From a virus: a stretch of 39,864 nt of DNA. The notes beneath the pieces are model-generated. The model was not told where the DNA came from, made no database searches, and saw only the letters and a program-made list of their open reading frames with translations. Made by a program: the position numbers and the translations under genes. Positions 7,230 to 15,019 of this stretch are shown here, one piece after another (the stretch's first letter is position 1; each line of letters begins with the position of its first letter). Where the stretch lies: IMG/VR virus record IMGVR_UViG_3300045988_044618, positions 1-39,864 of that record, one strand, 5' to 3'.

Positions 7230-7448
7230 CTATTTTAAAAAGCTCTGAAACTGCTGCGCCATCGCTTGAAGCTGATTTAGCTGCTGCTGGCTCATTTTGC
7301 CAGATTGCAGCAACTTTTGAACTTCTTGTTTCGGGTCGCCTTGAAAATCCTGTCGGAACTGCTGAAACTGCTGCATCATTTGCTGAAATTGTCCCATTGC
7401 GCCCGGCATTTTGCCGCCGCTAAGAGCGTTAAACAGAGGGTTGCTCAT
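7230..7448 (-). CDS. Gln-rich small protein (72 aa)
   Basis: The SD is AAGGAGG. Sequence: MSNPLFNALSGGKMPGAMGQFQQMMQQFQQFRQDFQGDPKQEVQKLLQSGKMSQQQLNQLQAMAQQFQSFLK. Confidence 0.75.
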   Translation of the reverse strand: MSNPLFNALSGGKMPGAMGQFQQMMQQFQQFRQDFQGDPKQEVQKLLQSGKMSQQQLNQLQAMAQQFQSFLK

Positions 7449-7899
7449 TGTCTGCCTCCTTTTTCTTGCGCGTCAAAGGTTTATCTGCCGCCAGCGCGTC
7501 AAAGCGGGCTGTCAACGCGTTGAACTCTTGCCGTGTGACATATTCCTCTTTCGGTTTTTGCGCGGTCTGTGCTGGCTGTTTCTGGCTTGCCGTGCGTTCC
7601 GAGTAGTCAAAAACGCGCAATGGCTGAGGCATACCGCTGGCGTCGGTGGCCTTAATGTAAAATGTACTGTTTTCGCTGTCCATCAGCAGTACGCTGTTCC
7701 CTGCCGCCACCATATACGCTTTGGCTCCCTCTTCGCCTTGCACCCAGATAATAGGCGAGCTTTGCTGTGCCGGTTGCTGCTGCGGATATGCCGCCTGTCG
7801 GAGCTGTGCGAGTTGATCGGGCATGGCCGACGGCATCTGCTGCCCCATTGGATAATATCCCGGTGCGAATCCAGGTTGATACGGTACGCCAAACGCCAT
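7429..7899 (-). CDS. Pro/Gln/Tyr-rich N-terminus plus small beta domain protein (156 aa from ATG 7899)
   Basis: The track ORF starts at TTG 7905. ATG 7899 follows AAAGGA. The core is IIWVQGEEGAKAYMVAAGNSVLLMDSENSTFYIKATDASGMPQPLRVFDY. Confidence 0.75.
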   Translation of the reverse strand: MAFGVPYQPGFAPGYYPMGQQMPSAMPDQLAQLRQAAYPQQQPAQQSSPIIWVQGEEGAKAYMVAAGNSVLLMDSENSTFYIKATDASGMPQPLRVFDYSERTASQKQPAQTAQKPKEEYVTRQEFNALTARFDALAADKPLTRKKKEADNEQPSV

Positions 7900-7905
7900 A
7901 GTCAA

Positions 7906-8280
7906 TCATCCTTTCTGCCAGTAGTACAGCGGCACTTCATCTCCGCTGTCCCATGTATCCAGCCAATCCCCATTTTGCACGCACACAACATGCGTCGCCA
8001 TTGCCAAAATATAAGTGCCGTCCGGTTGGTCTTTTGCAAACTGCGCCACTGTGTAACAGTCCGGGCAACTGTTCGGAATTGCCGAACGGTTCCACCCGCA
8101 CCGCCGAAGATAGTGGCCCCAAACATAGTTTGCAGACGGCATATCATGCAGTTCAAATCCTGCCAGCACCAGCGCCGCATATACAGCCTCCCACGATTGA
8201 TGTGTTGCGGCTGCAATGGCTCTGACGGTGCAATCGCCAACGCGCTTTTGCTCTGGGTTCAAGTTTAATTCTCTGTACAT
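7906..8280 (-). CDS. Putative papain-like (C39-like) cysteine peptidase-fold protein (124 aa)
   Basis: The SD is AGAGGA. It has a Cys/His/Asp pattern: GDCTVRAI ... MATHVVCV ... DTWDSG. It is the first gene of the accessory operon. The fold call is inferred from the motif pattern only. Confidence 0.6.
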   Translation of the reverse strand: MYRELNLNPEQKRVGDCTVRAIAAATHQSWEAVYAALVLAGFELHDMPSANYVWGHYLRRCGWNRSAIPNSCPDCYTVAQFAKDQPDGTYILAMATHVVCVQNGDWLDTWDSGDEVPLYYWQKG

Positions 8281-8338
8281 GGTTTTATCCTCTATATTTA
8301 TTGTAATATTTTACACATTTTCGCGTGCGCCACATCTG

Positions 8339-8371
8339 CGCCAACTTTACGCCAACTTTACGCCAACTTTT
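8339..8371 (+). repeat. Tandem repeat CGCCAACTTTA x3 (11-bp period)
   Basis: Copies lie at 8339-8349, 8350-8360 and 8361-8371 (the last base differs). The array sits 24 bp upstream of the -35 of the consensus promoter. Confidence 0.8.
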
Positions 8372-8394
8372 TTATAAAAATCCCGCAATTCCAC

Positions 8395-8423
8395 TTGACA
8401 TTACTACGCTAGCGTAGTATAAT
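8395..8423 (+). promoter_or_regulatory. Consensus sigma-70 promoter with 18-bp palindromic operator
   Basis: TTGACA (8395-8400), 17-nt spacer, TATAAT (8418-8423). The perfect palindrome TACTACGCTAGCGTAGTA (8402-8419) fills the spacer. Confidence 0.8.
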
Positions 8424-8467
8424 ATAGACACAGTAAGAAATAACCACTTACACGAAAGGAAATAAAA

Positions 8468-8827
8468 ATGAGTAAGCTCGATTTTAGCGACGCCATCTAT
8501 AAACAGACCCACGTCCGCATTGACAACAACGCCCTCATCGACGACATCCGCAAGGCCATCAGCACCAGCGAAATGGAGAACGACGAGCGCCAGCGCATCA
8601 CCGGACAGGATGATGTCATGGAGCGCTGGGAGTACCTCGTCGACTTCCACCGGGACGAGATTCTCGACGACGACGGCGAACTTCTGCAGGTCACTGACAC
8701 CGTGAAGGTCATCGAGATCACCATTTACCCGCGCAGCCGTAACTCCGTCTTTGTCCGCGCCGGATTCCCTGTCAATGAGGACATCTTCGTTGAGCTTCCC
8801 GCCGACGCCGACAGCTTTGAAATCTAA
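8468..8827 (+). CDS. Small highly acidic protein (119 aa; 28 Asp+Glu vs 13 Lys+Arg)
   Basis: The SD is GAAAGGAA. It lies on the plus strand, opposite to the flanking operons, and is the first gene after the consensus promoter. I recognise no motif. Confidence 0.75.
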   Translation: MSKLDFSDAIYKQTHVRIDNNALIDDIRKAISTSEMENDERQRITGQDDVMERWEYLVDFHRDEILDDDGELLQVTDTVKVIEITIYPRSRNSVFVRAGFPVNEDIFVELPADADSFEI

Positions 8828-8840
8828 AAGGAGGCCATCT

Positions 8841-9329
8841 GTGGAAATTTCCCTAAAGGAATACGCCGCCCGGCATAGCCGCGCCGCGGCGACTGTCCGC
8901 CAAAAGGCCATCCGTGGCGGATTTAAGACCGCTCGCCGCGTTGGCCGTGACTGGCTCATTGATGAAGATGAACCCTACATTGACGAGCGCTTTGCCATGC
9001 TTTCCACGCCGCCAGACCTGTGGCTTTTGACAAACGGCAGGCACAGCCGCACCATCAGCGACGCCGGCGCCGTCAAAATCGGCAGCGACGAATTCTCCGC
9101 TCTTATTCCAACCGGCGCGGGTGACGGCGAATCTGCCTACTGCATCTATACGCGGGCAGAGCTGGACGCCGTCGGCATCAACACCGCCGACCTTCACTAC
9201 TTCACCCTTGTTTCCGGCAGCTTCAACATCTACGACTACGACTGCGGGTGCACCGTATCGGAGACTGTAAAAGGAATCTTCAACGTTTTCTATGCGGACG
9301 GTATCGTCTTTTTTGTAAAAGCCGAATAA
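8841..9329 (+). CDS. Excisionase/MerR-like HTH (HTH_17-type) N-domain protein with unknown C-domain (162 aa from GTG 8841)
   Basis: AAAGGAGG, 6 nt, then GTG. The N-terminus is ISLKEYAARHSRAAATVRQKAIRGGFKTARRVGRDWLI. The longer track ORF (8751) overlaps the upstream gene and lacks an SD. Confidence 0.7.
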   Translation: MEISLKEYAARHSRAAATVRQKAIRGGFKTARRVGRDWLIDEDEPYIDERFAMLSTPPDLWLLTNGRHSRTISDAGAVKIGSDEFSALIPTGAGDGESAYCIYTRAELDAVGINTADLHYFTLVSGSFNIYDYDCGCTVSETVKGIFNVFYADGIVFFVKAE

Positions 9330-9332
9330 AAT

Positions 9333-9385
9333 AAAAAAGCGCCCCTCCAGTGTCCACCATGGACACAATGAGGGGCGCTTTTTAT
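9333..9385. terminator. Bidirectional intrinsic terminator
   Basis: AAAAAAGCGCCCCTC ... GAGGGGCGCTTTTT with an inner GTGTCCA/TGGACAC hairpin. It lies between the convergent genes 8841..9329(+) and 9382..9552(-). Confidence 0.8.
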
Positions 9386-9552
9386 TCAGCCTTCAACTTC
9401 CCAACAATCGCCTTTACCCGTCTGTTTACCGTCCGTTCACTCAAATTCAGTTCTGCCGCAATATCAGCATTGCGCCAGCCGCGCCGCCGAAGCTGCAAAA
9501 CATCCGTTTCTTCATCGGTCAGCAAACCGCCGACAAAATCAAACTTTGGCAT
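9382..9552 (-). CDS. LuxR/GerE-type (sigma-70 region 4-like) HTH protein (56 aa)
   Basis: Sequence: MPKFDFVGGLLTDEETDVLQLRRRGWRNADIAAELNLSERTVNRRVKAIVGKLKAE. The ATG lies 2 nt after the holin stop. It is below the ORF-track cutoff. Confidence 0.7.
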   Translation of the reverse strand: MPKFDFVGGLLTDEETDVLQLRRRGWRNADIAAELNLSERTVNRRVKAIVGKLKAE

Positions 9553-9554
9553 GA

Positions 9555-9749
9555 TTACTCATCCTTCTTGTTCTTGCTTTCGGCCTGTGTGCCAAAATAA
9601 AAGGCCACGACCATTGTCACAATGGTCATGACCGTGTCAGGCTGTAATTTCTCCCGCAGCGCCAATGCCGCAAACACTGCAACAACAACCAGCGTCACAA
9701 TGGTTTTTACCTTGATAAGCGCTGCCAGATTTTTTAAAAAATCGCCCAT
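9555..9749 (-). CDS. Putative holin (64 aa, two TM segments)
   Basis: Hydrophobic segments are IVTLVVVAVFAALAL and VMTIVTMVVAFYFG, with a charged C-terminus KNKKDE. The SD is AAAGGGAG. It lies in the lysis cassette. Confidence 0.7.
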   Translation of the reverse strand: MGDFLKNLAALIKVKTIVTLVVVAVFAALALREKLQPDTVMTIVTMVVAFYFGTQAESKNKKDE

Positions 9750-9765
9750 TGATATGCACTCCCTT

Positions 9766-10119
9766 TCAGCCGATCAGATGATTTTGCAAGGCTTCCTTTG
9801 CTTTCTGCATCTGGTCAATGTTGTTCCCATCCAGATTGTGGTCAAGCAGGGCCAGCAATGCCTGCATGGTCACATGCTGCCCCTCGTCCATGCGGTCAAG
9901 CCGCTGCTTGTCGTTTTTCAAGAATCCCTCCATGACATTCACCCGCGTTTCGAGCTGTGTGATGCGTTTGTCCTGGTCGGCTTTCGGCTTTTTTATGGCA
10001 GTGATGACTTTGCTGATGGCAACGCCCCCAGCATACAGTCCGGCGGCAGCGCCCGCCGCGTAAATTAAAAACGCCCAGGCCTCCGCAAGCGTAAACGAAA
10101 ATACGTGCTGCATAGGCAT
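9766..10119 (-). CDS. Membrane-anchored coiled-coil protein of the lysis cassette (about 117 aa)
   Basis: The N-terminal TM segment is AWAFLIYAAGAAAGLYAGGVAI, followed by a helical region. It lies between the endolysin and the holin. The start overlaps the endolysin stop (GTGTGATG). Confidence 0.65.
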   Translation of the reverse strand: MPMQHVFSFTLAEAWAFLIYAAGAAAGLYAGGVAISKVITAIKKPKADQDKRITQLETRVNVMEGFLKNDKQRLDRMDEGQHVTMQALLALLDHNLDGNNIDQMQKAKEALQNHLIG

Positions 10120-11261
10120 CACACCTCCACAAATTTAGCGTGATACGCCTTGTCGTTGTCCAGACCGTACTTCTTGGCGATGAGGTAGAACTCCATCGCC
10201 GCAGCGTTCGGCAGGACGACGTGATCCAGCCAGACTTCCTGATGCGTCGGCGCGGCGGGCTTGTCCTCTTTGATGGCGGCATCGTACCGTGTCAGGTTGA
10301 ACTGCTTTACGACAGCCAGCAGACTTGCGGTATACGTCGGACTGGTTGCCCAGCCATCAGCCCGGATGTACTCGCACGCCTTGTTGATGTCGGTACAGCC
10401 GACCAGATTGGAATAGCGCGGCATGGTCGTCAGCTTTTTGATGTAGTCCTCGACGCAGGCGACCATCGTATCGTAGGCGCGGAAGCCCGCCGTGATGGTG
10501 ATGTACTTGCTGCCGTCCCACTCCTTCGTAGCCTTGTTGTACACTCTGCCGCTCCAATTGCTGGCCTTGATGCCGAACAGGTTGTTTGCCTGTACTGCAA
10601 GCTCGCTCGTGCCGTAGGCGCTCTCCAAGCAAGCCTGAGCAATGCAGAGGGACGGGAGAAGATGCGCATTCAGGCAGCGGCTCTGGCACTTCTCGGCCAT
10701 GACGTCAATGAACGTTTGCTCTTTCGTCTTGGCGGGCGCCGCGTCTGCCACGTCGCCCTTCAAGCGCTTCGTGACCTGTGCCGCAATGTCGGGGAACTTG
10801 CTCTTGAGATAGGGGCCGGGGCAGGCGGTAGCCGCGTAGAAGCAGTGCATCGTGAGCGAGCCGTTCTTGTCGCCGGTGTAGGTCAGTTCCTTGATGCCGT
10901 TGCGGCGGCAAATGTCGGTGCAAAGGTCGAGCAGGGCGGCATACGCCTTGTCGCTGACGTGCCAGTCCGGTGCGCTGCTGTCGTTAGCGACTTCGATAGT
11001 AATGGCCCGCTGGTCGTTCCACGGGCTGGAACTGCACCACGACCTGTCCGCCTCGTGGCAGAACAGCCCGATACGCCCGCCGGATTCGATGGCGTAGTTT
11101 GCGCTCATCTGGCGTGAGGGCCTACTGACAAGAGCGCCGAAAGATTCAAGCGTCATGTTGCCAGCCATGTGATGAACTGTAATCTTGCTGATGGGCTGGC
11201 TCCGGGGCCGGTTGCAGTTTGGGCTGATGGCCGTGTAAACGGCCAGTGCAGAATCACTCAT
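10119..11261 (-). CDS. Bifunctional endolysin: N-acetylmuramoyl-L-alanine amidase (Amidase_2/PGRP-type) + glucosaminidase domain (380 aa)
   Basis: Amidase_2 motif: ITVHHMAGN ... SANYAI ... RSWCSS ... NDQRAITIEVAN. Glucosaminidase motif: LPSLCIAQACLESAYGTSELAVQANNLFGIKA. Confidence 0.9.
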   Translation of the reverse strand: MSDSALAVYTAISPNCNRPRSQPISKITVHHMAGNMTLESFGALVSRPSRQMSANYAIESGGRIGLFCHEADRSWCSSSPWNDQRAITIEVANDSSAPDWHVSDKAYAALLDLCTDICRRNGIKELTYTGDKNGSLTMHCFYAATACPGPYLKSKFPDIAAQVTKRLKGDVADAAPAKTKEQTFIDVMAEKCQSRCLNAHLLPSLCIAQACLESAYGTSELAVQANNLFGIKASNWSGRVYNKATKEWDGSKYITITAGFRAYDTMVACVEDYIKKLTTMPRYSNLVGCTDINKACEYIRADGWATSPTYTASLLAVVKQFNLTRYDAAIKEDKPAAPTHQEVWLDHVVLPNAAAMEFYLIAKKYGLDNDKAYHAKFVEV

Positions 11262-11320
11262 TCTCGTCCTCTCCCTTCCCGTTCGACAGTTCCTCGTCCA
11301 TTTCGGGCGACAGGATCATT

Positions 11321-11629
11321 TCATCCTTCATTGGTTTCACTCTCCTTTTCGTTGGTGTCGTTTTCTTCGTCTGTGGTATTTTCAGCGCCGTAAACCTCCG
11401 GCACATCCGGCGTCTCCGTAACCTCGTCTGCGCTTTCTCTCGCATCCACCGCATCATAATACGCCTGCGCCAGCGTCTCCACCTCGGCAATGTCCGCCTC
11501 ATCCAGCAGGCCGTTGTCGTAGTGCGTGTACGCCTTGTCCAGCCAGAACGCAACGTCACGTCCTGCTGCAATCTCTCGCTTGATACTGCGCAACGTCAAA
11601 TCGTGCCGTGCTTTACTTTTGATAGCCAT
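11321..11629 (-). CDS. Hypothetical protein with acidic tail (102 aa), between fibre and endolysin
   Basis: The SD is AAAGGAG. The position corresponds to small XkdX-like fibre-associated proteins; this is based on position only. Confidence 0.6.
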   Translation of the reverse strand: MAIKSKARHDLTLRSIKREIAAGRDVAFWLDKAYTHYDNGLLDEADIAEVETLAQAYYDAVDARESADEVTETPDVPEVYGAENTTDEENDTNEKESETNEG

Positions 11630-11642
11630 TTTATTACTCCTT

Positions 11643-13520
11643 TCAGGTTTGCGATGCTACTGCATCTTCCAAATCGGTAATCCGCTTAATGGGGTCTGCG
11701 CGTCCCGTCACAGTCACGCTGTCGGCATCGGTTAGCACGGTGTTCACGCCGGATAAGGCTTTAACAGATGCGTTCCCGGTTGCCGAGAATGATGTAGGAG
11801 TTGCCACCTTATAACATACATTCACACCGTCTGGGAATTTTGCAGCGTATGCTTCGCCCGAATCCAAACCTTCTACTCTCAAATAGACATCTCCTGATGC
11901 TGACACTCCTAAACCAATCGTTCCGCCGTTGATATCGTATGCTGGCTTTGTTGGGAGGCAATCACACACGCCGTCAAATGCAACCCTATTAGATGGTGGA
12001 AGCTGTATACCATTCAGAATATTGCTAGATGCATATCCAAGCATCGCTGATATGCTTTTGTTATAATTCAGATTTTCCATCCGAATATTGACCTTGTTAT
12101 ATTGTGATTCTCCTACTCCGCTCACCGCGTCCACCTCACCACCGTACACGGTTTCGGGCAGGGTCAGGGTGTTGGTCTGGCCTACTTGCACTGTGTTATT
12201 CAGCAGAATTGGCCGAATGTTTTCGGGCGATGGGTTGCCCGTTCCCCCTTGAACAGGTTTCTCCGAAAAAAAGACACTATTCGTATCTGGCACAACAAAT
12301 AGCTTTTTCAACTTATAAGCAACTTGCACAGGCGTGCCAGCGGCGTACTGGGCGGCAAGGTAGGCATTCCACTCGTCTATTGTTCCTCCCGCATATGTAT
12401 CATTATAAATTCTGAAATAGTGGTGCTCTTGTGCTTCAACTGATATTCCGTTTTGGCGTGCGAATGTTTCGTCTGCTGTACGTGTCGGATATTGATTGCA
12501 TACAATATCACCCTTAATATGGGACATCGTGGGAGTGGCTATTTCAGGCACTTGAAATTTGAAACCAACTTTGCTAGGACTGTCGGTTGTGTCAGTGCCC
12601 CAATTTTCTGTTCCGTTCAGCGTCAGCATTTTCCACGACCGCAATCCATCCGCCAGATTAACTGTCACGATGTTTCTTCCCTTGATGGGACGAATGTTTT
12701 CGGGGCTGGGTGTTCCGCTTCCCTCCTGCACGGGTTCCCACTTCGCTTTTACCCCCAGCGGGTATCCCGCCACAGGGTAGCACACAACAGGGTTTCCGCT
12801 TTCTTCCAGCGGCGGGCAAAGCATATCCACGATGTTCTTGCTGCTCCACGGATTTTCACCAATGGTGCTGTCATCTGGGTAGGCACGCTGCATCTGGTTT
12901 TTCAGCGTGCCAATGTCTTTTATAGCCTGACTGTAGTCAGAAGGCATCCCGTCAACGAGGGTCTGTGCCTTGTCCGCACTGTTCTTGGCATTGTCGGCGA
13001 ATCCCTTGGCTTGGTCTCTAACGGCCTCAGTCTGGGCCTTAATCTGCTCTGTGGCAGCCTTAACAGCTGTCACATCTTCCAAGAGCTGCTGAATAGTCTT
13101 GTACTCGTCGCTGCTGATAATAGCATTTTCAGGTAGAGGGTTTCTGTCGAAGTGCAGCCAGATGGGCGCACTGCCTGCAATGCCACCGCCGACAGTGATT
13201 TCAACAATCGGGTAATAGTCACCCCATCCAGTAGACATTTGCGGAGTGACAGCAAAATATGCGATTGTGCGCTCTGCATTCACGCCGAGCGCAGGATTGT
13301 ACACATAATAGCCGTCGCGCTTGTCCATGCGGATGTTTACATCTGCGTCAGACGGGACTTTATACTCTGTGCCGCCTTTTTTGAGCGAAACGCAAAGAAC
13401 AGGAATGGTCTGGTCATACTGAACCAGATTCACGGCCTTTTTGTCGGGCCTGCTGTCGAAGTCTACGGTACACGATTTGAGATGTGCTGTAGACAACGGT
13501 TCATAAATAGTTGCTGCCAT
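11643..13520 (-). CDS. Tail fibre / receptor-binding protein (625 aa from ATG 13520)
   Basis: AAGGGGG, 6 nt, then ATG 13520 (the track start at 13583 overlaps the upstream gene). It has a central coiled coil. The motif G-x-G-x-PSPENIRPI occurs twice (about 12684-12722 and 12203-12250). Confidence 0.75.
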   Translation of the reverse strand: MAATIYEPLSTAHLKSCTVDFDSRPDKKAVNLVQYDQTIPVLCVSLKKGGTEYKVPSDADVNIRMDKRDGYYVYNPALGVNAERTIAYFAVTPQMSTGWGDYYPIVEITVGGGIAGSAPIWLHFDRNPLPENAIISSDEYKTIQQLLEDVTAVKAATEQIKAQTEAVRDQAKGFADNAKNSADKAQTLVDGMPSDYSQAIKDIGTLKNQMQRAYPDDSTIGENPWSSKNIVDMLCPPLEESGNPVVCYPVAGYPLGVKAKWEPVQEGSGTPSPENIRPIKGRNIVTVNLADGLRSWKMLTLNGTENWGTDTTDSPSKVGFKFQVPEIATPTMSHIKGDIVCNQYPTRTADETFARQNGISVEAQEHHYFRIYNDTYAGGTIDEWNAYLAAQYAAGTPVQVAYKLKKLFVVPDTNSVFFSEKPVQGGTGNPSPENIRPILLNNTVQVGQTNTLTLPETVYGGEVDAVSGVGESQYNKVNIRMENLNYNKSISAMLGYASSNILNGIQLPPSNRVAFDGVCDCLPTKPAYDINGGTIGLGVSASGDVYLRVEGLDSGEAYAAKFPDGVNVCYKVATPTSFSATGNASVKALSGVNTVLTDADSVTVTGRADPIKRITDLEDAVASQT

Positions 13521-13531
13521 TTTACGCCCCC

Positions 13532-15019
13532 TTAATAATAAGCAAGGATAAATTGTATGCTTGCACTTGTTCCCGCCGCGCATTGCGCCCAGTATTCGCT
13601 TCCGCTGCTTATGCCAGCGGCTTGTAAACTGTTTTCACCGGAGCCAGGGCTTCCGGCGTACTGAATGCCCACGAGCGTGCCGCCCGTAAAGGAGAATCCG
13701 TTTCGGCCTCCTCCACAAGTTTTCCATACTGTAGAGGTTTTTATTCCCGTCGCGCTCACTTTACCGCCACCTGCGTGGTAGCCGCCCGGGACTGTGACAA
13801 CGCCGCCCGGGTTGATTGTCTTTCCCCAGTCGCCCTGATTTGGCATTGAGCCGCCAACGTTCACGCCCGCTTCAGCGCTCGTGAAACTGTTGCCCGCCAG
13901 AACTGCGGACGCAGGAGCAGAGCCGACAGGGATTGCAACCTCTGGATAACCTGCGCCAGCGTCGTCCTTATAAGCGCCCTTGGGAATACGCGCATTGAGG
14001 TTTCCGCTACCGACGCTGTAGGAGACAGGTGAGACGGTCTTGGGCTGTATAGGCAAATTACCAGTCTTGATTGTCTTATCTTTGGCGTAATACTTCTTAC
14101 CGTCCAGCACATCAGCAGGCTCGGCGGTAGCCAGTGCTAGCTTTGCATTGCCAAGACCACCGCCGCCATTAAAATTTAGCTGTGAGCCGTCATATGTAAA
14201 CAGTACCCATCTGTCTTTGACAATCGTGTCCGCGTCAACGGCCTGCGCGCCCACATACGCAGGAGCAGCCTTGCCATTGATGCTGAACGTGTCTCCGCTG
14301 GAGAACGTTGCAGGGGCCTTGAAGCGGCCCACGGCGCCAGAGCCAGTCAGTGCAAACGTGTTGCCTGTTTTGGCGCAGCTGTACACCTGTACAGTAGCAG
14401 ATGTGCCAAGCCCCGCAGGGTCGTAGACGTCTTTCAGCATGGTAGCGCTGCCCGCCTTAATAGCTGCAATCTCGTCCGCCATCGACTTGATAAGAGCTTC
14501 ATATTGCTTTTGCAGCGTGCCAGTCGGCAGCCTGGTCACGCCGTCACGCATAAGGCCGCAGACACTTTCATCAAGCATCGTGTTGGTGACGTCTGCGGCG
14601 CTTACTGTAAGGCTGCCAGCAGGGACAGACACAGTGTATAGACCAAGCTCATAAAGCAGCTCTGAGCGCGTTAGAGTAGGCGCTACAGGACTTGAAGCGG
14701 GTGTGCCGGTCTTTACCTCAAACGTGCTTTCGTTAGTGCTCTTAGTAAAGCGAAGCACGATTCTGTCAATGCGGGGGAGCGCACCGTCCGCAATGGGGAT
14801 TGCGACAGATACATTTTCAGTGCTAACAACGCTTTTCCCTTTAAACGTGCCGTTGTTAATCCAGGCCATGCCTGTCCCGATGGTGATTTTTCGTGCCTCT
14901 GTAACGGTTGCGGGGAACGATTCGGCAGCATATACACCGCTTGTGCGGGTGCAGAGGTAGGTCTCTGCATCTTCTGCCGTGTACTCCACATCGTTCAGAG
15001 GATATGTGATAATTGCCAT
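13532..15019 (-). CDS. Tail fibre / host-specificity structural protein (495 aa)
   Basis: The SD is AAGAGGT. It is a large Gly/Ser/Thr/Ala-rich beta-type protein sitting between the tail-tip and RBP genes. Confidence 0.65.
   Translation of the reverse strand: MAIITYPLNDVEYTAEDAETYLCTRTSGVYAAESFPATVTEARKITIGTGMAWINNGTFKGKSVVSTENVSVAIPIADGALPRIDRIVLRFTKSTNESTFEVKTGTPASSPVAPTLTRSELLYELGLYTVSVPAGSLTVSAADVTNTMLDESVCGLMRDGVTRLPTGTLQKQYEALIKSMADEIAAIKAGSATMLKDVYDPAGLGTSATVQVYSCAKTGNTFALTGSGAVGRFKAPATFSSGDTFSINGKAAPAYVGAQAVDADTIVKDRWVLFTYDGSQLNFNGGGGLGNAKLALATAEPADVLDGKKYYAKDKTIKTGNLPIQPKTVSPVSYSVGSGNLNARIPKGAYKDDAGAGYPEVAIPVGSAPASAVLAGNSFTSAEAGVNVGGSMPNQGDWGKTINPGGVVTVPGGYHAGGGKVSATGIKTSTVWKTCGGGRNGFSFTGGTLVGIQYAGSPGSGENSLQAAGISSGSEYWAQCAAGTSASIQFILAYY

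Noticed and set aside
5575-8268. Plus-strand ORFs 5575..6312, 6050..6601, 6312..7181 and 7411..8268
   Set aside because: They are antisense to the SD-supported accessory operon. The translations are Ala/Arg/Cys-rich with no starts backed by an SD.
10140-11117. 325-aa plus-strand ORF opposite the endolysin
   Set aside because: It is a shadow ORF. The minus strand carries unmistakable amidase and glucosaminidase motifs.
11254-11331. 25-aa acidic ORF (MKDEMILSPEMDEELSNGKGEDENE) with AAAGGAG SD overlapping the endolysin start
   Set aside because: It is very short and lies entirely within overlaps with its neighbours. I cannot distinguish it from a chance ATG after the SD-like codons of the upstream gene, so I noted it but did not call it.
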